A DNA stretch of 41,523 nucleotides from a virus (IMGVR_UViG_3300040985_001881:1-41523), one strand, 5' to 3'; shown: positions 19,901-29,019, numbered from the stretch's first letter. Made by a program: numbers and translations. The notes: generated by a model from the letters alone, not told the origin.

Positions 19901-21482
19901 CATGGTTGACGCTCTAGACCAGGGACTGACCCATTCCGGCGCAGTGGACTTCGCCAACAACCGGTTGAAGAAGCTGGTAGTCGATGGACAGATCCAGACC
20001 GAGAACCGTGCACGGATGGCGGGGATCAAGGCAGCAGAGGCACAGGGGATCACAGACCGGGTAGCGCGTGAGAGGTTCGTCGAAGAGAACTACATGAGCC
20101 ACTTCACCCCGGGAGTGACCGACAACCTGAATCGCGCCTACGAGACGGCGCGGGAGGTGACCCTCCAGGCGGAACTGCCCAACGGAAGTGCGTCACGGAT
20201 CGTCCAGCAGACGATAGATCGGCTCCCGATCATGCGCTTCGTGGTGCCCTTCTATCGAACGGGCGTCAACGCTGCCAAATTCGTAGGCCAGCGCATCGAC
20301 CTGATCTCAGTTGCCCGCTACCACTGGGCGAAGAAGTTCGATCCCAAGTTCGCAGGGCTTGAGAACACGCGCTCGCGCTTCCTGCAGCAGATGACCCAGG
20401 GCGATGACAGGGCGAAGGCCGAGGCCGTGGGCCGCATCGCAGGCGGAATGGGGATGCTTGGCTGGTCTGGCATGATGGCAGCCGCAGGGGACCTCACAGG
20501 AGCAGGCCCGTCCGATCCGAACCAACGCAAAGCGATGGAAGACGAGGGCTGGATGCCCTACTCCCTGAAGACGAAGAACGGCTACGTTCAGTACTTGCGC
20601 ATGGACCCGTTTGGAACCTACCTGGGGCTGGCTGCAGACCTGTTCGACACGCTCAGGATGCAGGGCGACGACAACGACGAGATGGGGCACTCTGTAACGC
20701 AGGCGCTTCTAACGTCGATGGCAAACAACGTCACCAGTCGCAGCTACCTATCCGGCATCGGCGAGGTGATTGGAGCCATGAGCGACCCAGAGCGCAACAT
20801 GGACCGGGTGATCGAGAAGTACGCGGGCGCCGTTATCCCTAAAGGGCTGCAGGAGGCTGTCGAGTACTTGGGCGACCAGACCGGGATCGACACCTACAAC
20901 ATGATTAAGGAGCTCCGGGGGCTTGTGCCTGGATTGGATGCGAACATCCCAGCCCGCCGCAACATGCTTGGAGAGACCATCGACCGATCCAGCGCCGTAT
21001 TCTCGAAAGAGATGGGCGGAGCCGTTGGAGGGTTCTATTCCATGATCGTTCCGATCGCCTATCGCGAGGTGAAGGACGACGCGATCCGCACAGAACTAGC
21101 CAACCTGAAGCACGGCTTCTCGCCGCCCCGCGCAAAGCTGCTGGGGGTCGACCTACGCCAGGTGCTATCCGAACGCGGGCAATCTGCACACGATCGTTGG
21201 AGTGAGTTGCACGGCAAGGTGAAGGTCAATGGCAAGTCGTTGCGACAGGAGCTCGGATCCCTCATTCGAAGCTCTGCTTACAAGCGCCTATCGCCGGAAG
21301 CCGGAATAGGCGGCCCCTCTCCACGGGTGCAACTGATCTTGAACGCCATGGCGGCATTCAGGGACGAGGCATTCGAGCAGACCTTGAGCGAATACCCCGA
21401 ACTCGGGGCGGAGCTGGGCGAGCGCGATCGACAGAAGAAAGCACGGCGCCAGGGAATCAGCATTCTTGGGGTAAACCTCTAA
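16968..21482 (+). CDS. Internal virion protein D (T7 gp16-like)
   Basis: 1504 aa; LEFLA-like TEFLATD..EARIKNVLEG, EYYLNSILS, PSRAMLAADEFSK, GWMPYS...YLRMDPFG, SYLSGI, RRNMLGE. Confidence 0.85.
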   Translation: MPDPTVDSFLGDLDRDRDAFDQQQAQVGRIDTGPEDFDVDGESALLDFDDLALSIPRGVEGFTRSIGSLIPGLDLSDDRIFGRSDTVIGGALESLVQFGAGFVPGAGVASLLGKTATAAKLAAALGSTKGGVFTLKALEGSVAGGVADFLAFDGHEKNFSALIESIPQLENPLTEFLATDEEDSQVEARIKNVLEGFGMGAAIGVLMESMRGLHAIRKGRKLDTTPEKLKNAQVEAVDPGRLKDGMRDAEELRNPARQDFPVFDESGAMVMDETGRPVDSPRLTQSKREMAELAAGKADAAEAKEAHELNPTEATRKRVEETEKELARLTTRNEKAIQDLIDNRPGSYYKDPADQRLADEMADLREADREGVQRIDGARQEELNAELLHIQELGREQQAKIDAIAKQPDYDIDELYEEVEYGRELFERETALEQAGAKPVKTVSGDPHATLGEGRVIDVEGGEPRYLAQEPFDPPDPNKSRPEPPNNPEFEARYIEQTRKVRAAEKTPNRRLTKEEQALNKKDWKAFSRSRGYTEAEIADLQKLLDMHKEGLELGYHTDDMFFMEHEGPTWNMTEAQIAKSVEPTAAEVAATAEDPPLPGSVSRGNEVQGSIFAKMAGPNRSEINVRELVQKWADEEAATVRPDAPEAGTLTEAQQAISNEQTTARANERTHALMGRTTDETVQNYLTALNTAATNVRIAGELQVGIEGVFLGLARENTEALRKILSGDLEGVEQLLESKDILKQLESGLKKLKSEEGRALQATQIVIEQGGDMARLQNKVIRQMLDTGDEDFRALMKKMALAYAEDGTLADAAGALDLHRMTAGRQVFRLTFEYYLNSILSRPSTIAVQPMSAMLGTVWKPLENMLGGAMRGNMRVVRESMHELLSLTSVFQDSAVMAWRTFNTGKSTIDPSGGFRDDKFAKQNFLKAGALGSVPGEWSGTAANAMGNVIGLPSRAMLAADEFSKNVAVRSVIKANAMVDALDQGLTHSGAVDFANNRLKKLVVDGQIQTENRARMAGIKAAEAQGITDRVARERFVEENYMSHFTPGVTDNLNRAYETAREVTLQAELPNGSASRIVQQTIDRLPIMRFVVPFYRTGVNAAKFVGQRIDLISVARYHWAKKFDPKFAGLENTRSRFLQQMTQGDDRAKAEAVGRIAGGMGMLGWSGMMAAAGDLTGAGPSDPNQRKAMEDEGWMPYSLKTKNGYVQYLRMDPFGTYLGLAADLFDTLRMQGDDNDEMGHSVTQALLTSMANNVTSRSYLSGIGEVIGAMSDPERNMDRVIEKYAGAVIPKGLQEAVEYLGDQTGIDTYNMIKELRGLVPGLDANIPARRNMLGETIDRSSAVFSKEMGGAVGGFYSMIVPIAYREVKDDAIRTELANLKHGFSPPRAKLLGVDLRQVLSERGQSAHDRWSELHGKVKVNGKSLRQELGSLIRSSAYKRLSPEAGIGGPSPRVQLILNAMAAFRDEAFEQTLSEYPELGAELGERDRQKKARRQGISILGVNL

Positions 21483-21495
21483 CACCAACAACCAA

Positions 21496-21819
21496 ATGGC
21501 AACCACAGGCAAAACCACTGTCCTTTACAACGCGCTCATCGTGGGCGTTGGGACGACCTTCCAATTCCAGGAGACGGGCGGGCGCATGGGAACGGTCCAG
21601 TGCGATATGACGGACTCAGCGACCGAGGGCTTCAAGATGGAGATCCAAGGCCGCGCTACCCCCAGCATGAACTGGGCGATTCTCGGAGTGTTCGACGAGA
21701 CCGACATGGACGAAAACGACGCCGCGCTCCTATCCGTTCGGATCATGCCCGAGATGCGGGCGGAAGTCACAGCGGTTGAGAACACGCCGACGACCCTCGT
21801 TTGCACACTGGTCGAATGA
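21496..21819 (+). CDS. Small beta-rich putative virion protein
   Basis: 107 aa with alternating hydrophobic pattern; occupies the gp17 tail-fibre position. Confidence 0.6.
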   Translation: MATTGKTTVLYNALIVGVGTTFQFQETGGRMGTVQCDMTDSATEGFKMEIQGRATPSMNWAILGVFDETDMDENDAALLSVRIMPEMRAEVTAVENTPTTLVCTLVE

Positions 21820-22127
21820 CCGGGGAAATCGCCAGGCTGAAGGCCGAGATAGCCGACCTCCAGGGGCGACTCGACTACTACACGGGTCGCGGCCAAGCGA
21901 TCATGGACATGCTTGCAGAGGACTTCCACGATCTGCTCGCGAACCGCAAAGAAGTGCCGTTGACAGCAGCGCAACACAACACGATTCGGCAATTCCTACG
22001 GGACCAAGGGATTATCGACCTGAAGACCGGAGACAGTCCCACCAACCATCTGAAGAAGAAGTACCCATTCGCCGGGCCTACAGCGGAAGCTGAGGATTTC
22101 GGAAACCAAGAAGGAACCAATGACTGA
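21816..22127 (+). CDS. Terminase small subunit (T7 gp18-like)
   Basis: TAAQHNTIRQFLRDQGI motif; C-terminal YPF; ATGA overlap. Confidence 0.8.
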   Translation: MTGEIARLKAEIADLQGRLDYYTGRGQAIMDMLAEDFHDLLANRKEVPLTAAQHNTIRQFLRDQGIIDLKTGDSPTNHLKKKYPFAGPTAEAEDFGNQEGTND

Positions 22128-22683
22128 TTTCAAAACTACGCGACAGCGCGAACGCACGTCCGCAAGGAACCGCCTCGACCTCCTTGAAGAGATATCAAGG
22201 GACGTGGTTATCTTTGCGCTTGGCACCACGGCCATCCCGTTCGACAACACGTCGACATGGTACGAGCAGACCGACACGCGATGCGTGATGACTGGCCCAA
22301 CCGAGAACGACGACGAGCAGGACTTTGCGTCCCTCGCAACAAGCGGCACCGTCAATACGATGTCGCTCAAGCGGGGCAAGTACAAGATCACCCTAGCTGT
22401 GACCGTGAGTAACGATCACGCATCAGCAGCAATGGACTACCGCTTCGGAATCACGGATGACGAGGCTACGGCCGTGGCGTTCTACAAGAGTTCAAGCATC
22501 AACGTCTCACTCCCGGCAGCGAGCACGGGGTTCACCGTCCCTGTCAACAAGACGGTGCTAATCGAACTCACCGACGAGGACAACATCATCTACTACTGCC
22601 AGGCACTCGACGCAGCTACCGGCCAGACTGCATCGCTTGTTATAGGGGTGTCGAGCGAAGTCATCGTGGAGCGACTTGGCTAA
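22120..22683 (+). CDS. C1q/BclA-CTD-like jelly-roll protein (putative virion or adhesion protein)
   Basis: IPFD...SLKRGKYKITLAV...LIELTDEDNI...VIVERLG strand pattern. Confidence 0.5.
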   Translation: MTDFKTTRQRERTSARNRLDLLEEISRDVVIFALGTTAIPFDNTSTWYEQTDTRCVMTGPTENDDEQDFASLATSGTVNTMSLKRGKYKITLAVTVSNDHASAAMDYRFGITDDEATAVAFYKSSSINVSLPAASTGFTVPVNKTVLIELTDEDNIIYYCQALDAATGQTASLVIGVSSEVIVERLG

Positions 22684-24418
22684 GATTCCGAAGCTCCCGG
22701 TAGAACTCCGGGACTTCCGTAATGCGCTCTGGGAGATCTTCGACCACTTGGGTCTCCCAGAGCCGACTCCGCTTCAGTACGACATGGCGGACTTCCTCCA
22801 GACGCCTCACCCGCAGAAGATGCTGCAGGGTTATCGAGGCATCGGGAAGTCGCTTGTTGCAACCTCCCACTCGGTACACGAGCAGCGGATCCGACTCGAC
22901 GATGTTGGATACACCGACCTACACACAATCTTTGCCTCAGCGGGTAAGGACTTCGCGGACGAAATCTCCACCTTCGCGAAACGGTTGATCGCAGAGATCC
23001 CGTTCTATCAGTGCCTCATGCCCGCAGGAGAGGGGTTCACATCAAACGTCCGCTTCGACGTTGGGCACAAGAAGGTAGCCAAGGAGCCGAGCTTCAAATC
23101 AGCCGGGATCTTCGGACAGACAACCGGGTCACGTGTGAACCGGGGCTACCTCGACGACGTTGAGATCCCGAAGACCGCGGGCACCGTTGGAATGCGCGAC
23201 AAGCTCAAGGTCGCCGTAACGGGCGTGAGTGACTTGCTCCCCCCCGAGGGCGGGCAGATCGTTTGCCTTGGAACGCCGCACTTTGAGGACACGCTCTACA
23301 ACTGGATTCGGAACAACGGCGAATGGAAGGTGATGCTGATACCAGCTCGCTACCCGAGCCTTGAACGCGCAGAGAAGCTAGGCGACACGCTCGCCCCCAC
23401 GATCCGGCGTAGACTCGAGGAAGACCCCAGCCTTGCCGCACACCCCAAGCACCCGAGCACGGGAGCGCCCACAGACCCGCAGCGATTCGACGAGGAGGCG
23501 CTGCAGAAGCGCGAGGCGAAGTCCACCCCCGCACACTTCGGGCGCCAGTACCTCCTCGACACGACGCTTGGAGACAAGGAGGCGCACCCGCTCCGCCTGT
23601 CCGATCTGATCTTCACGGACCTACACCCCGAGGTTGCGCCAAACCGCGTGATCTGGGGAACAGACGACCCGATCGAAGACATCCCGCTCTTCGGTCTCGA
23701 CGGCGACAGGATGCACCGACCGATCAAGGTAGCTGGCAAGACCGAGATGTCAGAGTACAGCGGATCCGTCCTGGTCATTGATCCATCGGGCAAGGGCAAG
23801 GATGAGACAGCCTACGCCGTTTCGAAGATGCTCAACGCCACCGTATTCGTTCCCGACTTTGGCGGGTTCCTCGACGGCTTCGGAGATCCCACGCTACGAG
23901 CAATCGCGGAGATCGCCAAATTCCAGAGTGTCAACGCGATCCAGGTGGAGACCAATTTCGGCGATGGCATGTTTGAGTCGCTGCTGAAACCCCACCTACG
24001 CGCCGTGAAGTACCCATGCCTGGTCACGTCCAAGCGTTCCCACGGGAACAAGGAGCGCCGGATCGTGGACACCCTGACGCCGCTGTTCAATCAGCACCGA
24101 ATGGTCATCGACATCAACGCGATGCGCAGGGACGCCGCGGAGCGAGGCGGCATGGGCCCGGAGGCTGCAATGCAGTACCGACTGGCTTACCAGCTCTCGC
24201 GCCTCACCACGATGCCCGGTTGCCTCTTGCATGACGACCGCGTGGAGGTGCTCTCCATGGCCGGTGCGTACTGGGTCGAGCACCTAGCCAAGTCTGCAGA
24301 CGAGGCCGCGAGCGAGGCGCAGGACGACGACCTAGACGACTGGATCCGCAGGGCAACCGGCGAGCCACGGCAGAAGCCAAACTGGACCTCTAACTTTCTA
24401 CCCAACTACATGCGATGA
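22676..24418 (+). CDS. Terminase large subunit (T7 gp19-like)
   Basis: LPEPTPLQYDMA, Walker A QGYRGIGKS, LDDVE, LGTP, IDPSGKGKDETAY, ETNFGDGMF, KERRIVDTL, HDDRVEVL; TTG start. Confidence 0.97.
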   Translation: MAKIPKLPVELRDFRNALWEIFDHLGLPEPTPLQYDMADFLQTPHPQKMLQGYRGIGKSLVATSHSVHEQRIRLDDVGYTDLHTIFASAGKDFADEISTFAKRLIAEIPFYQCLMPAGEGFTSNVRFDVGHKKVAKEPSFKSAGIFGQTTGSRVNRGYLDDVEIPKTAGTVGMRDKLKVAVTGVSDLLPPEGGQIVCLGTPHFEDTLYNWIRNNGEWKVMLIPARYPSLERAEKLGDTLAPTIRRRLEEDPSLAAHPKHPSTGAPTDPQRFDEEALQKREAKSTPAHFGRQYLLDTTLGDKEAHPLRLSDLIFTDLHPEVAPNRVIWGTDDPIEDIPLFGLDGDRMHRPIKVAGKTEMSEYSGSVLVIDPSGKGKDETAYAVSKMLNATVFVPDFGGFLDGFGDPTLRAIAEIAKFQSVNAIQVETNFGDGMFESLLKPHLRAVKYPCLVTSKRSHGNKERRIVDTLTPLFNQHRMVIDINAMRRDAAERGGMGPEAAMQYRLAYQLSRLTTMPGCLLHDDRVEVLSMAGAYWVEHLAKSADEAASEAQDDDLDDWIRRATGEPRQKPNWTSNFLPNYMR

Positions 24419-24810
24419 ACGGAATCGAGGAAAGAGGCCACGAGCTAATGTGGATGCTCAACGACGACAACGACAACACGGTGCACCCCGTTCCGTCCGC
24501 GGGCTACGTTACGTTTTCGCCCGTCAGGGGCCGTAACATAGGCGGCTCGGCAGATGTCTTCTTGGCTGGCGGACGTGCCGCAATCATCCATTGCATCATC
24601 GGAACCGAAGAGGCGGGCATTGGCGAGGACGGCGGCTACATAGAGATCAACAGCCCGGACGCATCCGAGACTTTCATGCGGATCAATATCGCGAACGCTC
24701 CGGGCGGGTGCTTCACATTCGGACCCGAGGGGGTCCGCATTCCCGGTGGCTTCTCCGTCTTCATCGAGGAGTCGGTCATCAACTGGATCATCGTCTACGA
24801 CATCGTTTAA
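24415..24810 (+). CDS. Small beta-protein paralog 1 of 4
   Basis: GHELM...FTFGPEGVRIPGGFSV...IVYDIV. Confidence 0.8.
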   Translation: MNGIEERGHELMWMLNDDNDNTVHPVPSAGYVTFSPVRGRNIGGSADVFLAGGRAAIIHCIIGTEEAGIGEDGGYIEINSPDASETFMRINIANAPGGCFTFGPEGVRIPGGFSVFIEESVINWIIVYDIV

Positions 24811-24825
24811 GCAACAGCACCACCA

Positions 24826-25212
24826 ATGAGTTCACCCAAGCACCGCGGGCATCAACTGATGTCCTTCATCAACGACACTTCGATCAACAACATCCACCCC
24901 GCGCCAAAGGACGGGTACACGGCATCAGAGGCCACGCTGGGCATCGAGGGATACGGGATCAAAGCCACCGCAGATGTCTTCTCGGGCGGAGCTCGTGACG
25001 CGATCATCTACGCCGTCATTGGCACCGAGGCGAATCACGCGCTTGAGATAATGAACGTCGCCGAGACCGAAACCTTTCTGCGAGTCAACATCAGCTCAGC
25101 GGTGGGGAACACAGTCACGTTCGGGCCCCACGGCATTCGCATCCCGGGCGGCTTCTCAGTGCTCACCGAGGCGACGGCGGCTACCTGGCAGATCATCTAC
25201 GACGTGGTGTAA
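24826..25212 (+). CDS. Small beta-protein paralog 2 of 4
   Basis: GHQLM...VTFGPHGIRIPGGFSV...IIYDVV. Confidence 0.8.
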   Translation: MSSPKHRGHQLMSFINDTSINNIHPAPKDGYTASEATLGIEGYGIKATADVFSGGARDAIIYAVIGTEANHALEIMNVAETETFLRVNISSAVGNTVTFGPHGIRIPGGFSVLTEATAATWQIIYDVV

Positions 25213-25583
25213 TGAAGTACCACCAGATGATGAGCCTGTTCGCGGCTCCCGAGGACATCTACTACCCCGCCAAAGAGGCCGTGATCTCCGGCGTGGGGTG
25301 GGGAGCGTCAACGGACATCGCCGAAACTGAATTCCCAACGGGAGTCAAGCACGCCATCATTCGGTCCATCTTCATTCCGCCAACCACGGTCACCAGCGCC
25401 CCGTTCCCGATCGTCGAGATTTTGGACGGCGCCGGCGACACGGTTTTCTTTTGGACGCTGAGCGAGCAGGTTTCGGGCGAGCAGCTCCTCGGACCTGACG
25501 GAATCAAGGTGCCCGGAGGCTTCTCTATCGAGGTGTCGGGAGCGGACGGTGGCTACATCGCAGTCACCTACGACATCGCGTGA
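25212..25583 (+). CDS. Small beta-protein paralog 3 of 4
   Basis: YHQMM...LLGPDGIKVPGGFSI...VTYDIA; TAATG coupling. Confidence 0.8.
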   Translation: MKYHQMMSLFAAPEDIYYPAKEAVISGVGWGASTDIAETEFPTGVKHAIIRSIFIPPTTVTSAPFPIVEILDGAGDTVFFWTLSEQVSGEQLLGPDGIKVPGGFSIEVSGADGGYIAVTYDIA

Positions 25584-26041
25584 CCAACCAGCGGTTCCAC
25601 CAGGCGATGAACGTCCTGGGGCGATACTTCACTCCGCCGATGGGATTCCCGTGGGGCGGGCCTGGAAACTACTTCCCGGAGCCCAACCTAGGAGACGCTT
25701 CGGTCTATGGCGGCACGCGCAATGGGTGCGTGGACTGGGTGTTCGCAACGTCGAACGGCCTATGCGGCATCACGCCGGCAAACCCAGTTCGCGCTGCAGA
25801 CAACGGACGCCGTTGCATCCTCCGCTCGATCAAGTGTTGGGATGTCGAGACATCAGGGACCGTGCGCCTACGGCAATGGCACTCCCGAGCAGCAGACAGA
25901 CACATCCGACTGGAGATTCCGGTGCACGCCGGGGTCGTCAGTTCCGCAAAATTTGGGCTTCACGGGGTCGATATCGGGACCATGCCCTACATCGAATGCT
26001 CAGTGACAGCCGCCGTTTCCCTCATCTACGACATAGCGTGA
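25580..26041 (+). CDS. Small beta-protein paralog 4 of 4 (divergent)
   Basis: FHQAM...KFGLHGVDI...LIYDIA; GTGA overlap. Confidence 0.7.
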   Translation: MTNQRFHQAMNVLGRYFTPPMGFPWGGPGNYFPEPNLGDASVYGGTRNGCVDWVFATSNGLCGITPANPVRAADNGRRCILRSIKCWDVETSGTVRLRQWHSRAADRHIRLEIPVHAGVVSSAKFGLHGVDIGTMPYIECSVTAAVSLIYDIA

Positions 26042-26045
26042 TCCA

Positions 26046-26243
26046 ATGGACCAACTGCTGAAAATGCTCCTGTTGACGGTTCTTCTGAAGGAGTTGGAGC
26101 CCGAACCGGAATTTGACACCAACCAGAACACCAAACAACAGCCACTTATCGCCCAGATGTTGGCTGGTCCGGTGCAAAGTGCTCCTGGACCTGGAAGTCT
26201 CCTACATGGCAAGCTCGCTGCCTCCATCTCGGAACGCATCTAG
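26046..26243 (+). CDS. Small hypothetical protein
   Basis: 65 aa; fills the gap between neighbours; hydrophobic N-terminus. Confidence 0.45.
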   Translation: MDQLLKMLLLTVLLKELEPEPEFDTNQNTKQQPLIAQMLAGPVQSAPGPGSLLHGKLAASISERI

Positions 26244-26247
26244 GGCC

Positions 26248-26541
26248 ATGGCAAAGCAAGAAGAACTCGTGATATCAAAGGGAACCAAAATCACTATGGG
26301 GGTGGTTCTATTCCTCCTGGGAGCGGGGGTCTCCATGGCCGGGTGGGCCACGAGCCTCATCATTGAGGGGTCGCGCAGTTGGCAGCGCATGGAGCACGAC
26401 ATCGTGGACATTAGGAAGGAACTCAAGACGATCACCAAGGATCTCGACGGCAACTCGCGCAATCGGCACGAAGAAGTACGGCGCTGGGTGAAGTTACTCG
26501 GCGCAATGAACCCTGAACTCCAGATACCGGACATCGAATGA
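26248..26541 (+). CDS. Single-pass membrane protein with coiled coil (holin or spanin candidate)
   Basis: TM ITMGVVLFLLGAGVSMAGWATSLII followed by a heptad region. Confidence 0.6.
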   Translation: MAKQEELVISKGTKITMGVVLFLLGAGVSMAGWATSLIIEGSRSWQRMEHDIVDIRKELKTITKDLDGNSRNRHEEVRRWVKLLGAMNPELQIPDIE

Positions 26542-26897
26542 AGCATTTGCTAGCCTTCTTGCTGCTCTTCGCAGCGTGCGCCACGCCTCCCTCCTGGCCC
26601 CAGATCACTCAGGAGACCGAGATGATCGCCCAGGACATAGAAGACATCGCCGAGGCAGCCACCGACCCCAAGACGAAGGAAGTCCTTCAGACGGTCTCTG
26701 GCGCCCTACACGCCCTCGCGGCGATCGACGTGCCCGAGAACTCCGCCGACCCGTTGAAGGCTGCTCAGGTGGCGCTCTTCCTGGCTCAGGAGGCGCTGAG
26801 GGAGAACCCGGACCCAGATTTGCAAGTCGCGGTCTTGGCGCTCAAGATTTTGCTACGGCGCGTCGATGGGATGTATGTCGCTGCCCCGGGGGGTTGA
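26538..26897 (+). CDS. Putative lipoprotein
   Basis: Signal peptide with lipobox MKHLLAFLLLFAA-C; ATGA overlap. Confidence 0.7.
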   Translation: MKHLLAFLLLFAACATPPSWPQITQETEMIAQDIEDIAEAATDPKTKEVLQTVSGALHALAAIDVPENSADPLKAAQVALFLAQEALRENPDPDLQVAVLALKILLRRVDGMYVAAPGG

Positions 26898-26901
26898 TCT
26901 G

Positions 26902-28059
26902 ATGCACAGGCGCCCAACGAAGCAGGAGCGAGTAGCGGCCCACGCGGGGCAGAGCGAGGCGGCGAAGGCGGCTTTGGACGCCATTGCGACGGAGGATGCA
27001 GCGGGGCAGATCGCAGCCCAGGTGATCGTGACCACAGCGGAGATTGCCTCGGCGATCACGGCTGAGGACATCCCGACGCAGATCGACACCAAGATCACAG
27101 CCGCGGCCCGGGTCTACGTGAATGCGCTCTCCAGTTCGTCGGCCTACACGCTCACGGGAACCGCGACGAAGTGCCCCCTCACGAGCGGCACGCTGTCGGC
27201 CGGCGCTTATGCAGCATCGTTCGATCTCTACGATTCTGGAAGCGGGAACGCGGACTCGCTCCGCTACCAGGACAACGACGGACTGGGGACGATCGAGGTC
27301 GATGTGACGATCAGCTTCAACGCGAAGCACAACGCGGACGACGGGCGCCCCTTGGAGTTCCGCGCACTCTCGTACCTCAATGACGCCTTGAACAATGGTG
27401 GGCACCTCTACGTGACGACGCCTCCCTCGAATGGGGGGATCGCCACGATCGAGCGGACAACCCGAATGACGCTCACGGACGGGGACTACATCAACTACCG
27501 GGTGGCTTACATCAACAGCCTGGCAGGCATCGGCGGGTTCTTCTCGGTCATGGGTGCCTACACCGACGCGGGCAACGTGAACATCACCAGCACCGCAGCC
27601 ACCGTGCCCTTCGACACGGCCGAGGAGTCCGATTCGAACCTGACCTTGAACGGAGACGGATCGCTTTCGATCGCCGTGGCTGGCACCTATCAGGTGAACT
27701 ACACGGTGCCCGTGAATGACGACGGGAGCACTGGAGACGTGCGTGCCGCGCTGTTCGCCCATGCCGAGTACGACGAGAACGACGACGGGGCGGGCTATGT
27801 GGACATCCCGCATTCCTTCTCGCAGGACTACGCTCGCGAGACCTCTGGCGGCGAGGGGGTCGCTTGCGGCTTCACCTTCATCGCAGCAGCCAGCTCGCGG
27901 ATCAGAATCCTCATCGAGCAGAGCGCCAACGTCGACCTCTCCACAGAGACGGGCCTCTCGGGGCTCTCGCTCTTCAGGATCCCGGAGGTCTCTAAGGGCT
28001 CTCAGTCGGGCAGGGTCGATCCCTACGGCTACCAGATTGTGCTCCGTCAGGCAGAGTAG
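26902..28059 (+). CDS. Putative receptor-binding/fibre protein with C1q/TNF-like domain(s)
   Basis: Ala-rich helical N-terminus, then beta-rich domains including TVPFDT...SIAVAGTYQVNYTV...LSLFRI. Confidence 0.6.
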   Translation: MHRRPTKQERVAAHAGQSEAAKAALDAIATEDAAGQIAAQVIVTTAEIASAITAEDIPTQIDTKITAAARVYVNALSSSSAYTLTGTATKCPLTSGTLSAGAYAASFDLYDSGSGNADSLRYQDNDGLGTIEVDVTISFNAKHNADDGRPLEFRALSYLNDALNNGGHLYVTTPPSNGGIATIERTTRMTLTDGDYINYRVAYINSLAGIGGFFSVMGAYTDAGNVNITSTAATVPFDTAEESDSNLTLNGDGSLSIAVAGTYQVNYTVPVNDDGSTGDVRAALFAHAEYDENDDGAGYVDIPHSFSQDYARETSGGEGVACGFTFIAAASSRIRILIEQSANVDLSTETGLSGLSLFRIPEVSKGSQSGRVDPYGYQIVLRQAE

Positions 28060-28579
28060 CGGGCTCCTTCCGGGGGAGCTCATTCCAATCCTCGAGGACG
28101 AAGTGGGTCTTGCCTAGAACGCAGTCTCCATCGGAGCAGGTAGCAAACAGGTACTCCGCCAGCTCGCCGACGAACGGGTCTGCGCCACACCGCGGGCACT
28201 CCCGCAGGTCTGCGGGGGAGGGGGCTGGCTCGTACTTATCTGCAATGAGGGGCAGCTCCTCCGCTGCTCCATCGGCGCACGCCTCGGACACGAAGTCGAG
28301 GTGGAATTTCAACTGCTTCAGCGACTCTTGCGCGAGCTGGTTGTGATCCGCCACGCCCAAGACACTTACGAACGGATCCGGCACCGGTTCGGGGATCGTC
28401 TCAATGCGGAACGTGATGTTCGCCCCGTCCATGCTCTGGACAATGCGGCCGCGGGCCACCGGGAGCCCGGTTTCCTCCTGCCATGCCTTGCAGAGACCCT
28501 CAAGGGCCATTGCGCGAGCTTCCAGAGCCTCGTCGCGAACGCGAGACTCCCATTCCGACTGTGCATCCTTTCGTTCCAT
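27992..28579 (-). CDS. Hypothetical protein with C-terminal Lar-like Zn finger
   Basis: Only credible minus-strand gene; CPRCG...CSDGDC...EDWNELPR; similar to 29287-29502. Confidence 0.7.
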   Translation of the reverse strand: MERKDAQSEWESRVRDEALEARAMALEGLCKAWQEETGLPVARGRIVQSMDGANITFRIETIPEPVPDPFVSVLGVADHNQLAQESLKQLKFHLDFVSEACADGAAEELPLIADKYEPAPSPADLRECPRCGADPFVGELAEYLFATCSDGDCVLGKTHFVLEDWNELPRKEPATLPDGAQSGSRRDRPCPTESP

Positions 28580-28656
28580 GCACAAACGGTAGCTCGTAAG
28601 CACCACTGACGTCAAGGATGGATGGATCGAAGGATCACAACCCAGAAGGAGACCCT

Positions 28657-29019
28657 ATGAAGCCCCTGATTCCCTGCCTGCTCTTCTTCTCGTGCACGGC
28701 CGGAGGCGTTCGGACCTCTCCATACGTCGAGTACGAGCGCAGAATCGCCTCAAACGACGGCGAGGGACTCCTGATCGGTCTCTCGTTCTCCCCAGAGCCC
28801 GAAAAGCCCGCCCTCTCGCTCCCCTCAGCGGAACTCTACTACCCACAGGGCCTACCAGAAGCCCAGGAGCCCGAACCAGAGGGAATCACCATCGAAACAC
28901 CCTGGGGACCCATCACAGTCGCCGGGTCAGTAGCACTTCTCCTCTTCGTTGCCTACGCTCAGAAGCGTGGCTGGCTCCCCTCTCCCAAACCAAAGGAATC
29001 CAATGGGCCTGAAAGTTGA
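28657..29019 (+). CDS. Putative lipoprotein with C-terminal TM (unimolecular-spanin-like topology)
   Basis: AAGGAG SD; MKPLIPCLLFFS-C; C-terminal TM ITVAGSVALLLFVAYA followed by basic residues. Confidence 0.6.
   Translation: MKPLIPCLLFFSCTAGGVRTSPYVEYERRIASNDGEGLLIGLSFSPEPEKPALSLPSAELYYPQGLPEAQEPEPEGITIETPWGPITVAGSVALLLFVAYAQKRGWLPSPKPKESNGPES

Noticed and set aside
24415-26041. Diversity-generating retroelement or shufflon behind the paralog array
   Set aside because: No reverse transcriptase or recombinase; no adenine-specific TR/VR pair; copies are deeply diverged
26842-28083. 413-aa minus-strand ORF (similarly 17030-17827 and 38358-39011)
   Set aside because: Antisense shadows of real genes with biased composition and no motifs
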